From Phoronis australis (Eukaryota > Animalia > Phoronida), in NCBI GenBank assembly GCA_002633005.1, contig NMRA01000464.1, forward strand, positions 62,001-126,000: a stretch of 64,000 nt of DNA, written 5' to 3'. The notes under the pieces are model-generated. The model was not told where the DNA came from. It did not search any database and saw only the letters and a list, made by a program, of their open reading frames with translations. Position numbers and translations under genes: made by a program. This document shows positions 51,119 through 64,000 of this stretch, piece after piece (the stretch's first letter is position 1; each line of letters begins with the position of its first letter).

Positions 51119-51810
51119 TGATTTCTTGGGGCGTCACGTGATCACACTTTCCAATATCACAAACATGGTAATAGTTACATTAATCACCGCAACGTCCAGA
51201 AACAACCCACAATTTTGATGAGAAATTTGACAAAATGAAATTTCACCCATTCACCATAAACTGTCCCAAGCTGGAGGCCAACTCCATTCTCTGTATTTCT
51301 TCCCACCTTTTATCTAGCGCAGATTGAATGATGTCAAACAGTTTATGAATGCTTATACCAAGTTCTGGCCACCGTGCTCATGATACGGAGAAGCATCCAA
51401 CACATCAAAGGGTCCACTTTCATAACTTTAGAAATTATAACTGCCAACAGAAAAGATGCACACCAACCTAAGCAACTTCAAATCACCGTGTACCTGGTGC
51501 CTCAGTTTTCGCAGCCATAACGAGGTCCACAGTATTTCTAGTATTATTCTAGGAAGTAGGAAAAAACACAAATAGGGGCACAACCAAACTGAATGACCTC
51601 ATCTGGACATTTTTTGTTTCAGATGTTTTCACACAAACCCCTTACAAAGGAAGATCTGAGTTTCCACATTGACAATACTTCTATTATTGTAAGAATAGAA
51701 AAAAAATGCTCATTGCATACAGCTTATACAGCACAGCTACATACATAAATATAAGTATATAATGATTTTATTTATTCATACCGACTATTCACCCTAATAA
51801 GCGCCTAGAA

Positions 51811-52241
51811 GCCGGTTGCAAGAAACAATCCCAAAGAGGGACTCAACTAAGGTCCCTAAGTCTTTCAGAGTATTTGTGTCTTATGGACTCAGAGATTAAA
51901 TATTTTTCTATCATTTCATCTTTATTATGAGCTCCTCTTTGATTAATGACATTTTCCAATAATATAACTAAATCCCGAACCCAGAGTTCATGGAAAATAA
52001 TTAGGGACTCAGTCCTTAAATTGGGTGTGTTGCATGAAAAGATCCCTAATTATTTTCGATAATATTGACAATTCAACATAGAGTTCACTCGCGATATGTA
52101 TCAAAGTCAAAAGTTGACTTAGTAATGAAACTAAAACAATAGAAGAAAGGGCAATCGATGTTTTCACAAGTCCAAAAATATGGCTTAGGTTTCAGGGAAC
52201 GTAGTTGAATCCTTATTAGGGACTGCTTCATGCAACCGGGC
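51811..52241. mobile_element. Harbinger-type MITE family A, copy 2, nested in element B
   Basis: gccggttgcaagaaacaatccc / gggactgcttcatgcaaccgggc; splits the gcgcc(y)agggcgcttag sequence that is intact in the 42 kb copy. Confidence 0.8.
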
Positions 52242-52617
52242 ACAGGGCGCTTAGCAAAATTCGCTTCAAGGATGGGGGCGCTATTATGGCCCAAAGTGGT
52301 TAAAACCCGGTCTCCGAAACAGGCGAAATCGTAAGCTAGGATTCATCAAATTTACGCTCTGTGACGCATCTGTAACCTATGACAGACTTTCTACAAAATT
52401 GCGGTGCATTGCTATCAAACTTCGTCGTTAAATTACAATCATTTTTCAGAAAACCATGCTGAAATCCTAGGGCCGATGCTATGCTACACGTTTTAAGAAT
52501 GGACAATTCCCGAAGACAGGTACTTGCAATGAGATAAATATAGCTCATTGGGTACTTGTATGTAGCGCATGCTTCCTGGCCATGTGCTTTTAACACCGGT
52601 CAAGTTTTTATTAGTCT

Positions 52618-52919
52618 TCGATTCGTGGTTTTCAATTGTACAAAGAAATTTGGATTCCTGTTGAGAGAGAAGATCTGTACTGTAAAGATACAAGTACGCT
52701 GCGTCTGTTCTGAAAGGCCAGACCATAATAGGACACGCTTCTCGCAATATCTGTAAAACTTTTGCATTCTTTTTGAAGCATGGCGGAAGTCTGAAGTGTA
52801 TAGTGTAAGTCACGACTAAATACCAACATAACGGCAAGGCTTGTAGTCTACATATTCCGCGCACAATAATATTTTCAGGACTGTCGGATCTTATTGATAA
52901 ATTGAAGACGTTACTGTAG
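52618..52919 (+). pseudogene. Decayed HIRAN-like domain gene
   Basis: SIRGFQLYKEIWIPVEREDLYCK / (D)KYAASVLKGQTIIGHASRNICKTFAFFLKHGGSLKCIV*...LHIPRTIIFSG; one frameshift and one stop. Confidence 0.65.
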
Positions 52920-54569
52920 AAGTTTAGAACAGTAGGTAAGGCATTTTTCGCATGTACACCTTCATGGGGTGGGTGCTTATTTTAGCAAAGTCTGAAAACG
53001 GCTGGGGGGTTGGGATCTTATAGGGGCATGGGCGCTTATTAGGGCGAATACGGTAATACAATTACAGGAGGTTGACCTCCTGCTGGTAAGGGAATTCTAG
53101 GAAACAAAATTCAAAACAACTACAGGTAGACTAAGTATCTATGAACTTTTACGCAGATAAAGATCACCAGTTTGACTTAACAGGGATTACAAGTTCCCAC
53201 ACACACACTCCTAGAAAAAAAAATACTTGAGGAAGCAACTCGGCTCTAACAGTTCTAGACTTGGACACTTTCAGCCAATTTCAAACATCTTAAGAACACA
53301 AAAAAGATAAAAAAGCCAATGTACGTCAAAGCCCCATTCAGCACTATCTCTGAAAAAAAAATTTTGGTTCACCTTTTGTGGTGTTATCTTTTGTTTTTAT
53401 GAGATGAGTTAGCGCTAGTAATAGCACACTATAAAACCAGGCGTCTCACTCTCCTCAGGGGAAACATCTTCATTCAAATAGAGGAACTCTTTCCAACAAG
53501 GGGAAATTTCCTCCTACAAATGCCACAAATTCCAGCTCTACCAGTCTCCAATTCCCGTAGCCATCAATTCCACCCTACATAGTGACCATATCCTCCACGT
53601 CGCGACCAATCCCCCACATCATCACCACCAACTCCCGCTAGTCGTCTACAGTTGCCCCTGGTTACCACCAATGCCTCAAATGTCTTTAAAGAGTACAAAT
53701 ATAAAATGTGTCAATAGTTCAAGTTGCACATTGTAAATTCTCACATAATTCAAACAAAATAATTCCCAAACGTGACCCTTTTCCATTTTTCAAAGGTTTC
53801 TTACATTGTTGTGAACGTTCTGAATTCCCAGTTTCTCAAAACATCCTCTGGCGCTAGCTATGGTGAAGGCCTTCAAACTCATAAAACCTTTACTTCGTGC
53901 CACTGATTTCGCATTAAAAAATGAAAAAGCTAAATTTTACTTCTAGCTCCCCTGTCCTGAAATGGTGAGATTTTCCCAGTACCAACATTAACCCTCAGAT
54001 GCAAACAGACGCACATTAAGAGGAAAGTGAACAGAAATTGTCCCAGCATTCAACATAATTGTTGGCTCAATTATGACAACTTCCATCCCACAGTGTTCAA
54101 TATGCCTTCAATAACGCAATGTCATTATGTTTTCATCTGTCACAGTAAGGACAGCCAGTCCATTACATTAGCTAAATGATAACACAATCCAACTCCTACA
54201 CCTCCCAGTGTCAAGATACTGTATCTTCACTTAACCAGATGTGACACAGAATCACCAAAAAAAAGAAATAATCAAGGGCTTAAAATAGATACCCCCACAA
54301 CATCATGCAAATAGTGCATGCTAGAGTAGAGTTTATACTGAGGTCACAGACTATCAGCCTCAAAGCAAAACAAGGGTGTTAAGAGGGGAATTCCTCTGTG
54401 TCACTGAACAGGGCTTACTAGTACTACAGTTAAGAAACTGTAAACAACAACAATAACAGTTAAGTGAACATGGGAGATAGGAAGACTCAACTACGTGTAG
54501 ATACCAGAATGCACATGTACAAGAATCACACAGGTAGTCAATATGCTAGTGTTTTAGCCAGAGGTTTTA

Positions 54570-54976
54570 AGTACTGTTTAGACATCAACTTTTGGCACGG
54601 TGCAACTGACGTGTCCAGTGGCCGTTTACACACACAACTCATTAACTGTGGTAAGATGGAAACTGCAGGCTGGAGAGACTGGATCGCACAGGCGCAGGTT
54701 TACAAGTGACGAGAGTTGCAGAGACAAAGCCCCGTACGTAGGTCATTAGGCAAGCGTAGTAGAGATCATCCTTTCCGCCTTGCCCCAGTTTCGCGTTTAG
54801 ACACATAATTGACACGGAGCAAGATGCTCGGGCGCAAATTGCTCTACCTCACGAACGGGTGGCAAAATTTGTCACCGCGGTGTAAATTTGCTCCAGGGCA
54901 GTCCCGTTTACACACTGGAACAACTCGTTCCTTGTCAGCTGATCCGCGTCAACTTTTGAAGTGAAAACGGCACTTT
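54570..54976. mobile_element. MITE with imperfect TIRs
   Basis: aagtactgtttagacatcaacttttggcacgg vs ccgcgtcaacttttgaagtgaaaacggcactt. Confidence 0.5.
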
Positions 54977-57900
54977 AGTCAGACAGGCAAGCAGTGTCTG
55001 CGAAGGGGTTATTCTCGCCAGCAGTAAGTATGTTTCCACACCACCAGAGTTCTTTCAAGCGAAAAGTGATGTCAAAACACATCCATTCTCTACTATAAAT
55101 TGATTAATGCGACGAAAACAAAGACCTCTTACCCATGCTGATGTGAGTCCATTGAAGTAAGCTGTCTGACTTAACATTCAAACCAAAAATTTTTGGGGTA
55201 ACTAAAACCACCAGCAAAAGTGACACTAAGTAATTGGGGTTTTTGCTACTAGCAAAAGAGCTAGTGTTTTAAGCCATATGTGAACGGGGTATTAAACAGT
55301 TAATCCAACCACCTGCATCCAATAGAAGAGCATCAACCATGAACAAAGGGAAGAGCCGGGTACAGCCAGTAGGTGGTGCTCAAGTCAATACTGCAAGTCG
55401 ATGACACTATGTGCGATAGGAAACTGTTTCTGCCCCTGTAGCCACTAGAGATAAAATAACTAGAGACAAGCAAGACAATGTAACTACGACAATTCTCCCC
55501 TCATTTTGTACAAAAATAATCACCAAAACTGATATTTTCCCATTTTTCAAAGGTCGATTACCTTGCTCACTGCTGGGACATTACATTGTTTTACACCTAT
55601 ACAGTACTCATACTAGTGATCTACAAAGTGTTTAAATCTATACTTTTGTGGAGAAGTTTTCAAAATAAAATTTCACTTGTTGGCCACATTGTGCACTAAT
55701 AGGTGACAAAGTACCTAATATTGGAGAGTGACTTCCTAGAACTGCTTTGAGGTGTTCAGGTTGTGACATATTTTCTAAAATCTAATGTTCTATTTATTTT
55801 AGAAATGACATTGAATTGTAGAACACACTTCTCTACTAATGCTCAATGCTTGCAACTCCACACTAAGTCGTCAATCATAAACCTGCAAAATTACAGATAC
55901 TACAAAATCAAAAAATTCAAATGATAGAGTAGACTTCAATCTATTAGTACGAGTACTTACAAGGAAATTGTTTCAGCGACTACAGGTTTTAGAGTAACAC
56001 CCTGAGATAACACAGCCTGGGAAATATCGATAGATCATACATATGTACCACATATTTTAATAAGTGTTAAAACATCATTACCTTGACACTAGCAAAAGTG
56101 TCACAGGCCAACACCAACATTGTGTACTTGCCTTGAATGCCTACGTATATCGGTAACAGGAAGCGACAACTCCACCAGTTATACGACAGACTTCACTAAA
56201 AGTGTACTTGTGTCTTTCTAATGCTAGTCTCTCAGTAATTTTAGCTCCTAAAACTCCCTCACCTTTAGATGACAGTTACCTTCAGAGGCACACTTAGTGC
56301 TATCTTTGAGAGAGAAAACTTTCACTGTAAACCAGCCATGAAGTGACTCTTTTAGCTCATGTGCATTTTTGTACAAAAGATAGTGAAAGGCATTCGCGTT
56401 TAGAGAATCAAGCATTCGGATAAAACACCTAAATTCCACAACTCGAAAAATTTTGATAGTGAATGCCAATGCTCGGCTTAAACCCCACCTCCCGATTTTT
56501 TAATTTCCTAATTTAAGCACCCTAGGTGACACAAAGGATGAGTATGCCTTACTGTAGATACAAAAAACTATGTCTTTACAAGAAGCAGCCATCAGCCTGT
56601 GACCAGCCCATGACCAGCCTTTCACTAAACTCACCAACCTGTGACAGTGTCAGCAATCAACGATTCTGATAGAACTTCCAAGGACAATTTGATTAATATA
56701 GAGCAGTGTAAAGTCAAACGAAGACCTAATTTGTTCACTTACATGCGGAATTTTAAAATAAAAATATAAAGGATATGCTATTCCGGGCATGTCCACAAAA
56801 GAAAAATTAATAGAGACAAAGGTGTGTCACAAATGTTTATACTTTGTACATTGCCAGTACTGTAACAAAAATGAATCAATGTTCAAAAGACATTATGTAA
56901 CAGCATTGCAAGCAACAAACTATTATTCAAGATTAATGGGAAATCCAGACTAGTTAGAGAGAAGACATACACACATTCAGACTGACCTCACCTCACCCCA
57001 TCAACTACACTATCAGCATAGTTACTTAGAAAAATGACAAACACTTCCTTGAAGGCACATCGCATCTGCCATGACCACTCCTTGGTATTCTAAGGACTCT
57101 CCATGATTTTAGATAACTGTACGACACAAAATCAAGTTTCAGTTACTAGACTGCCAAGACTGGTATAGCAGGAAGCCAATATTTCAACGATTTCTATTGA
57201 GTATATCTTACAATAATTGGTCGTCTTTAACGCTGAAGAAGAAAAATCAAAAACATGCCCACAAGTTAACTGGAGTTTTAAAATTTCCATACTGGTGTGC
57301 CCTGACAGAACGGATACCACGGTAACTTTCATTCAACACAAGCCAAAACCGCATACACCCCTTGAGTGTTTCCAAGGTAATTTTTCTATCAATGGAAATG
57401 ACTGAACTTCCAAGTACTTAAATGCGTGCCCACCCATGTCACTCTGATGTCAAAAATGTTGAAATTCAGACTTCATTACAGTTATTCTCACTAGTAAACA
57501 GTCAAATAACTACACTGTGAGACACACTAAAATTTATAGTTCATATTTTTTTATAAAAGATAAAAGACCAAATGAAAATTGTTTCAATTTTAAAGATCTA
57601 TAACACAGCTAAAGTTGGAAAATGATTCTGAGAAATTATGGGCTTTCACAACAATGTTAGGAGCCACTAAAAACGAGAAGACGAAATTTGGACTTATTTT
57701 TGTTGAAAATTAGTGAGACTTTATCATAACTATCAAATTTACAGAAGTACAGGAAATTTGCCACGCAATCACCTAGTACATGACAAATTAGCCAACAATG
57801 TCAAGTCAGTTGGTAAGGTGACTGTAACAAAGGGTACTTGAATAGAAGATCCAACCACTTTGTGTTGGAATCTTCCAGTAACGTTGTTTTATCCACACAG

Positions 57901-58098
57901 CGTGCATACCGATCCAAAATGCTCCCACTCTTGATTTGTGACATGTCACCTCATGACACACAATCAGCGGAGTCATCGTAGACAAGAGGGGGAGTTAGGT
58001 CCCATTTAGTTTTAAAGTCTAACACTGTGTAAGTAGAACAATTATTAAAAATCAACGGGTTAATTGTGATGTTGTTTCACTTGATATTGCTAGACATA

Positions 58099-58648
58099 CA
58101 GTGCTCGACCTTTAGCTGAACGCCAACTCACCATATATGACTGGGCAAAAAAAAAATCCCAGGTCGCCAAATGAAAACTGAGTATAGAAGTCAAAAACCA
58201 AAAAGGCCACATTGCTGTCACCATTATTTAAAATTATGTGTACCTGTCCCCTAATTATACAACCATTCGCTGGGTATTGTGGTAGAATACAGGACATAGG
58301 CGATCAGAAAAAATGGAGACGTGGGTTGCGTGGTCCGACGGTGCCTGGTTTTTGTCGAACAATTCCGAATTCCATCTGTTTACTTCCTAATTTGAGCGCG
58401 TTTGGTATGTGCTGACTGGTCAAGGTGGCAAATACACTGATTTCAGGGATTAGGTGGTATAATTGTGAGCCAAAGGTATTAAATCCAGGAAAAATATTAA
58501 TTTATACTTCAGAAGTCACCACAAATTTTGAAGGGAATTTCCGGTGAATTATTTTCGGACTTTGCTACTCGCTGTTGCAACTTCGTGGAGATTTGGGATT
58601 TTTCTCAGGTCGCATTGGTGAGCTGCAGGTCACCAAAACGAGCATTGA
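58099..58648. mobile_element. hAT-like MITE
   Basis: cagtgctcg...cgagcattg termini with inverted subterminal aaaaatccca / tgggattttt; no clear TSD. Confidence 0.5.
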
Positions 58649-59605
58649 TATAGTTTCACTTTATTTTATCACCTTTATTATTTACATTGACTTCAAGCTC
58701 ATAAACAGCGAATACTTTGCAATTAGGACTTCATACTTTTCCCCCTTACCACAGGTCATTGAAACCAAAAGTTTAATGAAACTGCAAATACATTTGCTAC
58801 ATGAGTGACAAGGAAATGTCACAAAATACCCTCTATATTTCAAATGACAGCACGCATTTACTGACATGCGCCTCATTATATGAACAGATACACCCAAGTG
58901 TATATTTAGATTTGACTTCTGGTGCCGATAATGTCAGATCCCTAAGGTATACGAAAATCAGTGCTAACAGAAGTCAGGGATTTAAACATGCCGACACTAA
59001 GTAACACAAAGATTCAAATAGCTCGGTTTGAATTCCAACTTCGTCGGAATACTTCAAATTAGGAGCAACTATGGCAGAAAAGTAGAATTCCATTCCATCA
59101 AAGACCTTCACAAAAGTAACTTTCAGAAACTTTTTACTTGGTTGTGGCACGACTCATAAGGTAATGTGGTTGTCATATAACATTTGGTAAATTTTGAGTG
59201 TTTGTAGTAACCATGTGAGCCTATGAAGAACATTAAAGCTTGGAATGTTAGCAATTATCATAGTCACATATTGGATAATCTTTACTGAAGTTTCAATTAG
59301 AAGCATTACTATAACCAGGTTTGAACTGAAAATACATTTTTGCAAATGAAGTGCTTTTGGACAATAATACAATTATCCAAAAAATTGACAACATGCCAAG
59401 AAGACAACAAACACAAGTGAGGTTAACCCCACTTTAGAATGCACTTGGCTGTAGATTTCAAGGACACAGTAACTACATTGACCACCTGGGTTCACAGACC
59501 AAGCAGTTCAAGTCATGATACCATCAGGGCAATAACCTGACAAATCAACACACAGTACAAGACAAAAGTAATCAGAAAAAATTTTTTTCTTGTCATGACA
59601 GTTCT

Positions 59606-59957
59606 AGTCCCATCCACACGCAGCCTACCCTAGAACAACTTGCACTAGTGCAACCGAACTTGCCCCACTTTTAAGCGCAGCGCCCACACACACATATCTG
59701 ACAACTAGGGTTTGGCGGAAGTTGTCGCTCTGTGCATGAAAATGAACAGCTAATGCGAATATGGAATGCAAAAGAAGACCCATCTACATGTAATCGCAGC
59801 CGATACTTACTTCCGCCTTGCCCCAGGTTATGCAGGAATTTGGAGTGGCACAATTTACTGCCCTAGAACACAATAAGGTGGAGTAAGTTGTCACACGTGT
59901 TTAAACAGCGTCCAGGAGTAACTTGTTCTAGGGTAAGTCTGTATGTGGACGGCACTT
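59606..59957. mobile_element. MITE with ~35-bp TIRs
   Basis: agtcccatccacacgcagcctaccctagaacaa vs ttgttctagggtaagtctgtatgtggacggcact. Confidence 0.7.
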
Positions 59958-62900
59958 AATTCTGTTAACAGCAAAACTGACCGATAATAACTACAAGGGA
60001 GACAAATTCTAATTACAAATCACTTAGCCATCTTACTTACTTTCCTGTGAATTTCCCTTCATTCTCAGTCATGAGGGAAGACTGTTTTGACAATGAATTT
60101 GGCTTCAGCCCAGCCACCATTACAGGGGAATTCCCGGTCATTTTGACAGCATATTTTTTGCTTAAACTGTACATACATTTGAAAATGTACAATAATGCAT
60201 GATTTGCCAAGATATCATATCGATATCATATAGATCGATATCGCCATGTAATTCAAGCACGACCACATTACCTACAGGAACTCAACTCAGTTTATTACAT
60301 AACTCTAAATGTTTAATCTTCTGAACCTGTATTAATTACTATAACCAGCACATTTTAGTTCTTACTTAATACACAAAACATAACTCTGTCCAATTTAATA
60401 CAAAAACATAAAATGTTTATTTCAGTGCATCAAAGGAATTCCAACATTTTCTACCTCACAACAACACATACGCTTCATTGATGACTTTTTTCTGAGTTCA
60501 TGACACCCACTACAACATTGCCTTTCATTAAAACTTTTTGGCGAAAAGAAAAAGAAAATCAATCTCCAAATTAGCACAACCAACACACCAAAAGAGCAAC
60601 CGCAAAGGCATCCAAATTAGCAGCTCTAAGTTCAACAATGTTTTTTGATTAAGTTCTTCCTTACTTAATTGAAAAAAATTACCAGCGAGTGCCAAGTACC
60701 CTACAGCGGGTGAATTTAAATGACGGGTGTGCGCGTGCACGAGTGTATGTCCTTGAGTGGGAATATTGCTACTAGACCCAAAACAAGCATAGTTGGTTCT
60801 GGTCTGTGTTATTTATGAAAATCGACTTACGGGCGGGGGAGTGTTGCGGCAGTTGTGCTAGTGTTTGAAAAGTCCAATTGGCTACAACAAACATGGAAAT
60901 TACGTCACAATCCAGCATGCCGCTGAATGGCGATAAAAATGCCCTTTAAAACAACAGATTTTCCAAACAACAACGATTCTATTCTCCTCAGAGTAGTATT
61001 TGATAAATATTGGAGCCAACACCGCTGTCTTCCCGCGACGACCCCACTTGGGAAATTAGTAGATTTAGACCTAGAGTTAGTACAAGGAAATAGTGTTCTG
61101 CTTGCTGGTCTCTGGTACAGCCTCGTAAACGCAAAATTGACAAATCGTCGCTAGTAGCAGTTTACATATTCAGTGCGCTTGGGTACAGGTGACCTTGACC
61201 GCAACACACGACGACCTGCAATTGCACACAGTTGCAAGCTTGCCTCGTGCACTGATGGCCCATATATCCGTATGCTGAATCAAGGACAAATGGCCCCTAT
61301 ATCTATGTACTGAGTAAAGGACTGTTTGACTGCTCCTTTGGTAGTTTCACGACAGGCAACCAGGAATGAATCACGAGGAATTCAGATGTACTGAGAGAAA
61401 TACCATAAGTTTTCTTCAGCCAAAGTGAGCGCATTTGTTTCACCACACAGTATAGTGAGCAATGTTAAGAGTGGACATGTCATGGAGACAACTGTTCCTA
61501 TATGTGCTTCCTTAGGGCACTTTGTGCACTTGACAAGATTTGAACAGAAAGTTTAGTTATTTCGCACTACTAGATCAATTAGCATTTCCACAAAAAAATA
61601 AATTCTCGCCCACCTTATTCGCACACGGTCAGTTTTGCATCTGGAATAAGTGAAGACAAGGTCCTAATGCTAATCCTAATAATACACACCTGTTTAACTG
61701 TGTTACATTAGGTCTATTCACCATTGAATTCATGTATTCTTACTGATATCTTGTCCTGTTGTAAACATGAGCTAAAAGGGGGTGACCTAACCTAGATGGA
61801 GATGAGTATCCTGAGAATCAGTATAAAATAGTAAAACTAGTAAAACTAAAATGACGAGCGTCCGTACTAAGACATATTGAAAATATCCCCACGTATCGAG
61901 CGGTGCTACAAACTCATTTCCTCAACAAGATAAAGTAACTGAATTATCACATTTGCAATCCATAGGCCGAATTTTGTTGAATATGCACACGGCTGTTTGT
62001 AACTAGACTATTATGAATATATATTTACCTTTTTAGCGACATGATCAGTGGGAATTAACGCACCATCTCTTGCTCCCCTTTTCATGAACACAAAATGGTT
62101 TTTATGAAGGCATCTCACAAAAACTAGTGATATGGTTGTATACCACAGACTTAAAGTACAGTGCCATGAGAAACTGAGGGAGTGTTTTATGTACAACTTT
62201 TAGGCAAGGGTAGCGTATTGATTCTACCAACACATTTTTTCTCAGCAATAAGAGTTATGGTCAACTAAAAGAATCGAATTTTCGCCTGCAGTGATTATAT
62301 GAGCGTGTACACTACATAGAGCTGTGTGTGCTCACAGACATAGATATATTCTGTAACAGCTATGTAGCAAGGAATACATCAGTAGTAGGCCAATCAATAA
62401 AGTACAATCAGACATGGTTTAACTCAGGACAAAACAGTATAAGGGCAGTGTTTAGCTTGCTTAGGTACAATTTCCTGAAGTAAATGTTTTCTAGGGCGTG
62501 TTGACCTGGCAACGCCACACAGCAACCAAATTCAACACAATAAGCCTTGAAAACAATGAAGTCGCCTGACAAATAAGAACGGGTGTAAAACGTGGAGTTT
62601 GATAACCCGTTTTGTATACAGCAAATTGTACTTTACTATTCAATGTATGATAAAAAATCTAAAGTGAGACAGTGAAAAAAAATAATTATTTTGCTCAATG
62701 TCAGAGCTTGTACCAAATTTTAGAAGCTGACAATACTGGCTGTCCGAAATTCAAGAATAACTATCACTGACACAATATCCTTCACCTTGATCTAACACAC
62801 TATGGGGAGGCATAAAAATGTTGCACCAGTAGATATTTTCAACGATTGTAAGAATTGACAAGACTGTTGATGCAGAACGCAGCGTCCGAAAATTTGAGAA

Positions 62901-63560
62901 ACGAGCGTCGAAACTGCTCTTGTCCCAATCTTCAGAATCATGAAAATTGAATTTCAGCTTGACTTTTGGTGTCCCAAAATTTAGAGACTGGTTGCAGTCT
63001 GTAGAATTCTTACCATAATCAATAATATATCATTGGCATAAAGATGTTCTGGGAATTTCCTCAATCTTCCTGCTGTACTTGTTCTGTTGCTCTGTTTTAC
63101 GGTAGTTTGTTGCACACCATTTTCTCAACTAGCAGAAACCGAAAATGATAGCACCCCCTTCAGAAAGAATGTGTAGCTATTTGAACATGTTCCCTACCGA
63201 TTTTCTACAAACGTCAACACAATGTGACCAAAATAGGTCTCGGGTAATGCATTTGATAGATTATAGTTTTAACTTTCAAAAAATTAACAGCCAAAAATTT
63301 AATTCTACAACTAAAGTACGCGAATCCTGTCCAAAGCCTCTCTAATTCCGTGAGTAATTCCATTTTGGTGTCTCTATATATCTTCAATGGATTTTGACCC
63401 TGCTCAGAATTTATGCATGATTACCATTCCTATGACAAAACAAAGATTTAACAGGAGTATAATACAGACCTTGCCTGGCTACTTGAGCCACTCCTTTAGA
63501 TATAATAAAGTTTGCTGTACCTAACTGGTAACAGTTCAAAGAATTCTTGGAGCGTGCACG

Positions 63561-63663
63561 TACCTATGGTGCCATGTACCCATCGTGCCATGTACCTACG
63601 GTGCCATGTACCCATGGTGCCATATACCCATGGTACCCATGGTGCCATGTACCTATGGTGCCA
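63561..63663. repeat. 16-bp minisatellite (taccyatggtgccatg), about 6.5 copies
   Basis: Directly visible tandem repeat. Confidence 0.9.
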
Positions 63664-64000
63664 AATAAACTGCTAGATATACTTAATTAGTGATTGACTC
63701 ATGCCTGTGGTCAGTTATTGAAACACAAGGAGCGGGTGAGATGGGTATTTGTTACACACACTTCCAGGGATTACTTTTCTTTGTTGAGAAAGTGGCAGAG
63801 TAATGCCAGTAAATGATTATTATTAGATTGACTTGTCTTTCTATAAACAAGCCGTTAAGAGTAGTTCAATGCAAGAGTTAAAAAAATTTTGGATCAGGCG
63901 TTCTACAGTGGTATAATCTTCATGTTGAGTTAACTGCAACTAAAAGTTTTAGTGAAGTGAGAAAGCGCGCTTCGCTCAATTCATCAGTTTTTTTTAAGCA

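Larger units (their letters stand above)
51781..53053 (+). mobile_element. pogo/Tc1-like non-autonomous element family B with HIRAN-like remnant and nested MITE
   Basis: TIR ta-ccgactattcaccctaataagcgcc / gggcgcttattagggcgaatacgg-ta; TA flanks. Confidence 0.75.

Noticed and set aside
45400-62060. Su(H)/CSL sites upstream of klu (a Notch target in Drosophila)
   Set aside because: Only scattered GTGGGAA matches noticed, no paired site; the number looks compatible with chance

Overview
Eukaryotic (animal, AT-rich, probably marine invertebrate bilaterian; taxon not determinable here) genomic DNA with three spliced genes in a transposon-rich background. (1) The last four coding exons of SLC35B1 (+, 713-7039); the upstream exons lie outside the window. 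(2) A four-exon ankyrin-repeat gene (+, 11664-18046, about 351 aa) whose N-terminus carries GILK plus KSVSF motifs, the signature of a PP1-targeting subunit. (3) A Klumpfuss-like C2H2 zinc-finger gene (-, 30651-33233) encoded in one long exon, with about 30 kb of upstream or intronic non-coding DNA. Mobile elements include a decayed DD37D-type Tc1/mariner and two internally deleted Kolobok elements (TTAA TSD, THAP transposase 5' part; one keeps the P2X7-ballast-like KolX start, the other has the transposase end on both sides). There is also a Helentron-like non-autonomous element holding a 3-subunit ~451-bp higher-order repeat with a CTCF-consensus motif in every subunit, plus an older inverted relative in SLC35B1. 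A pogo/Tc1-like element carries a decayed HIRAN-like gene, and several MITEs and minisatellites are present. All calls come from reading the sequence by eye; no database searches were run.
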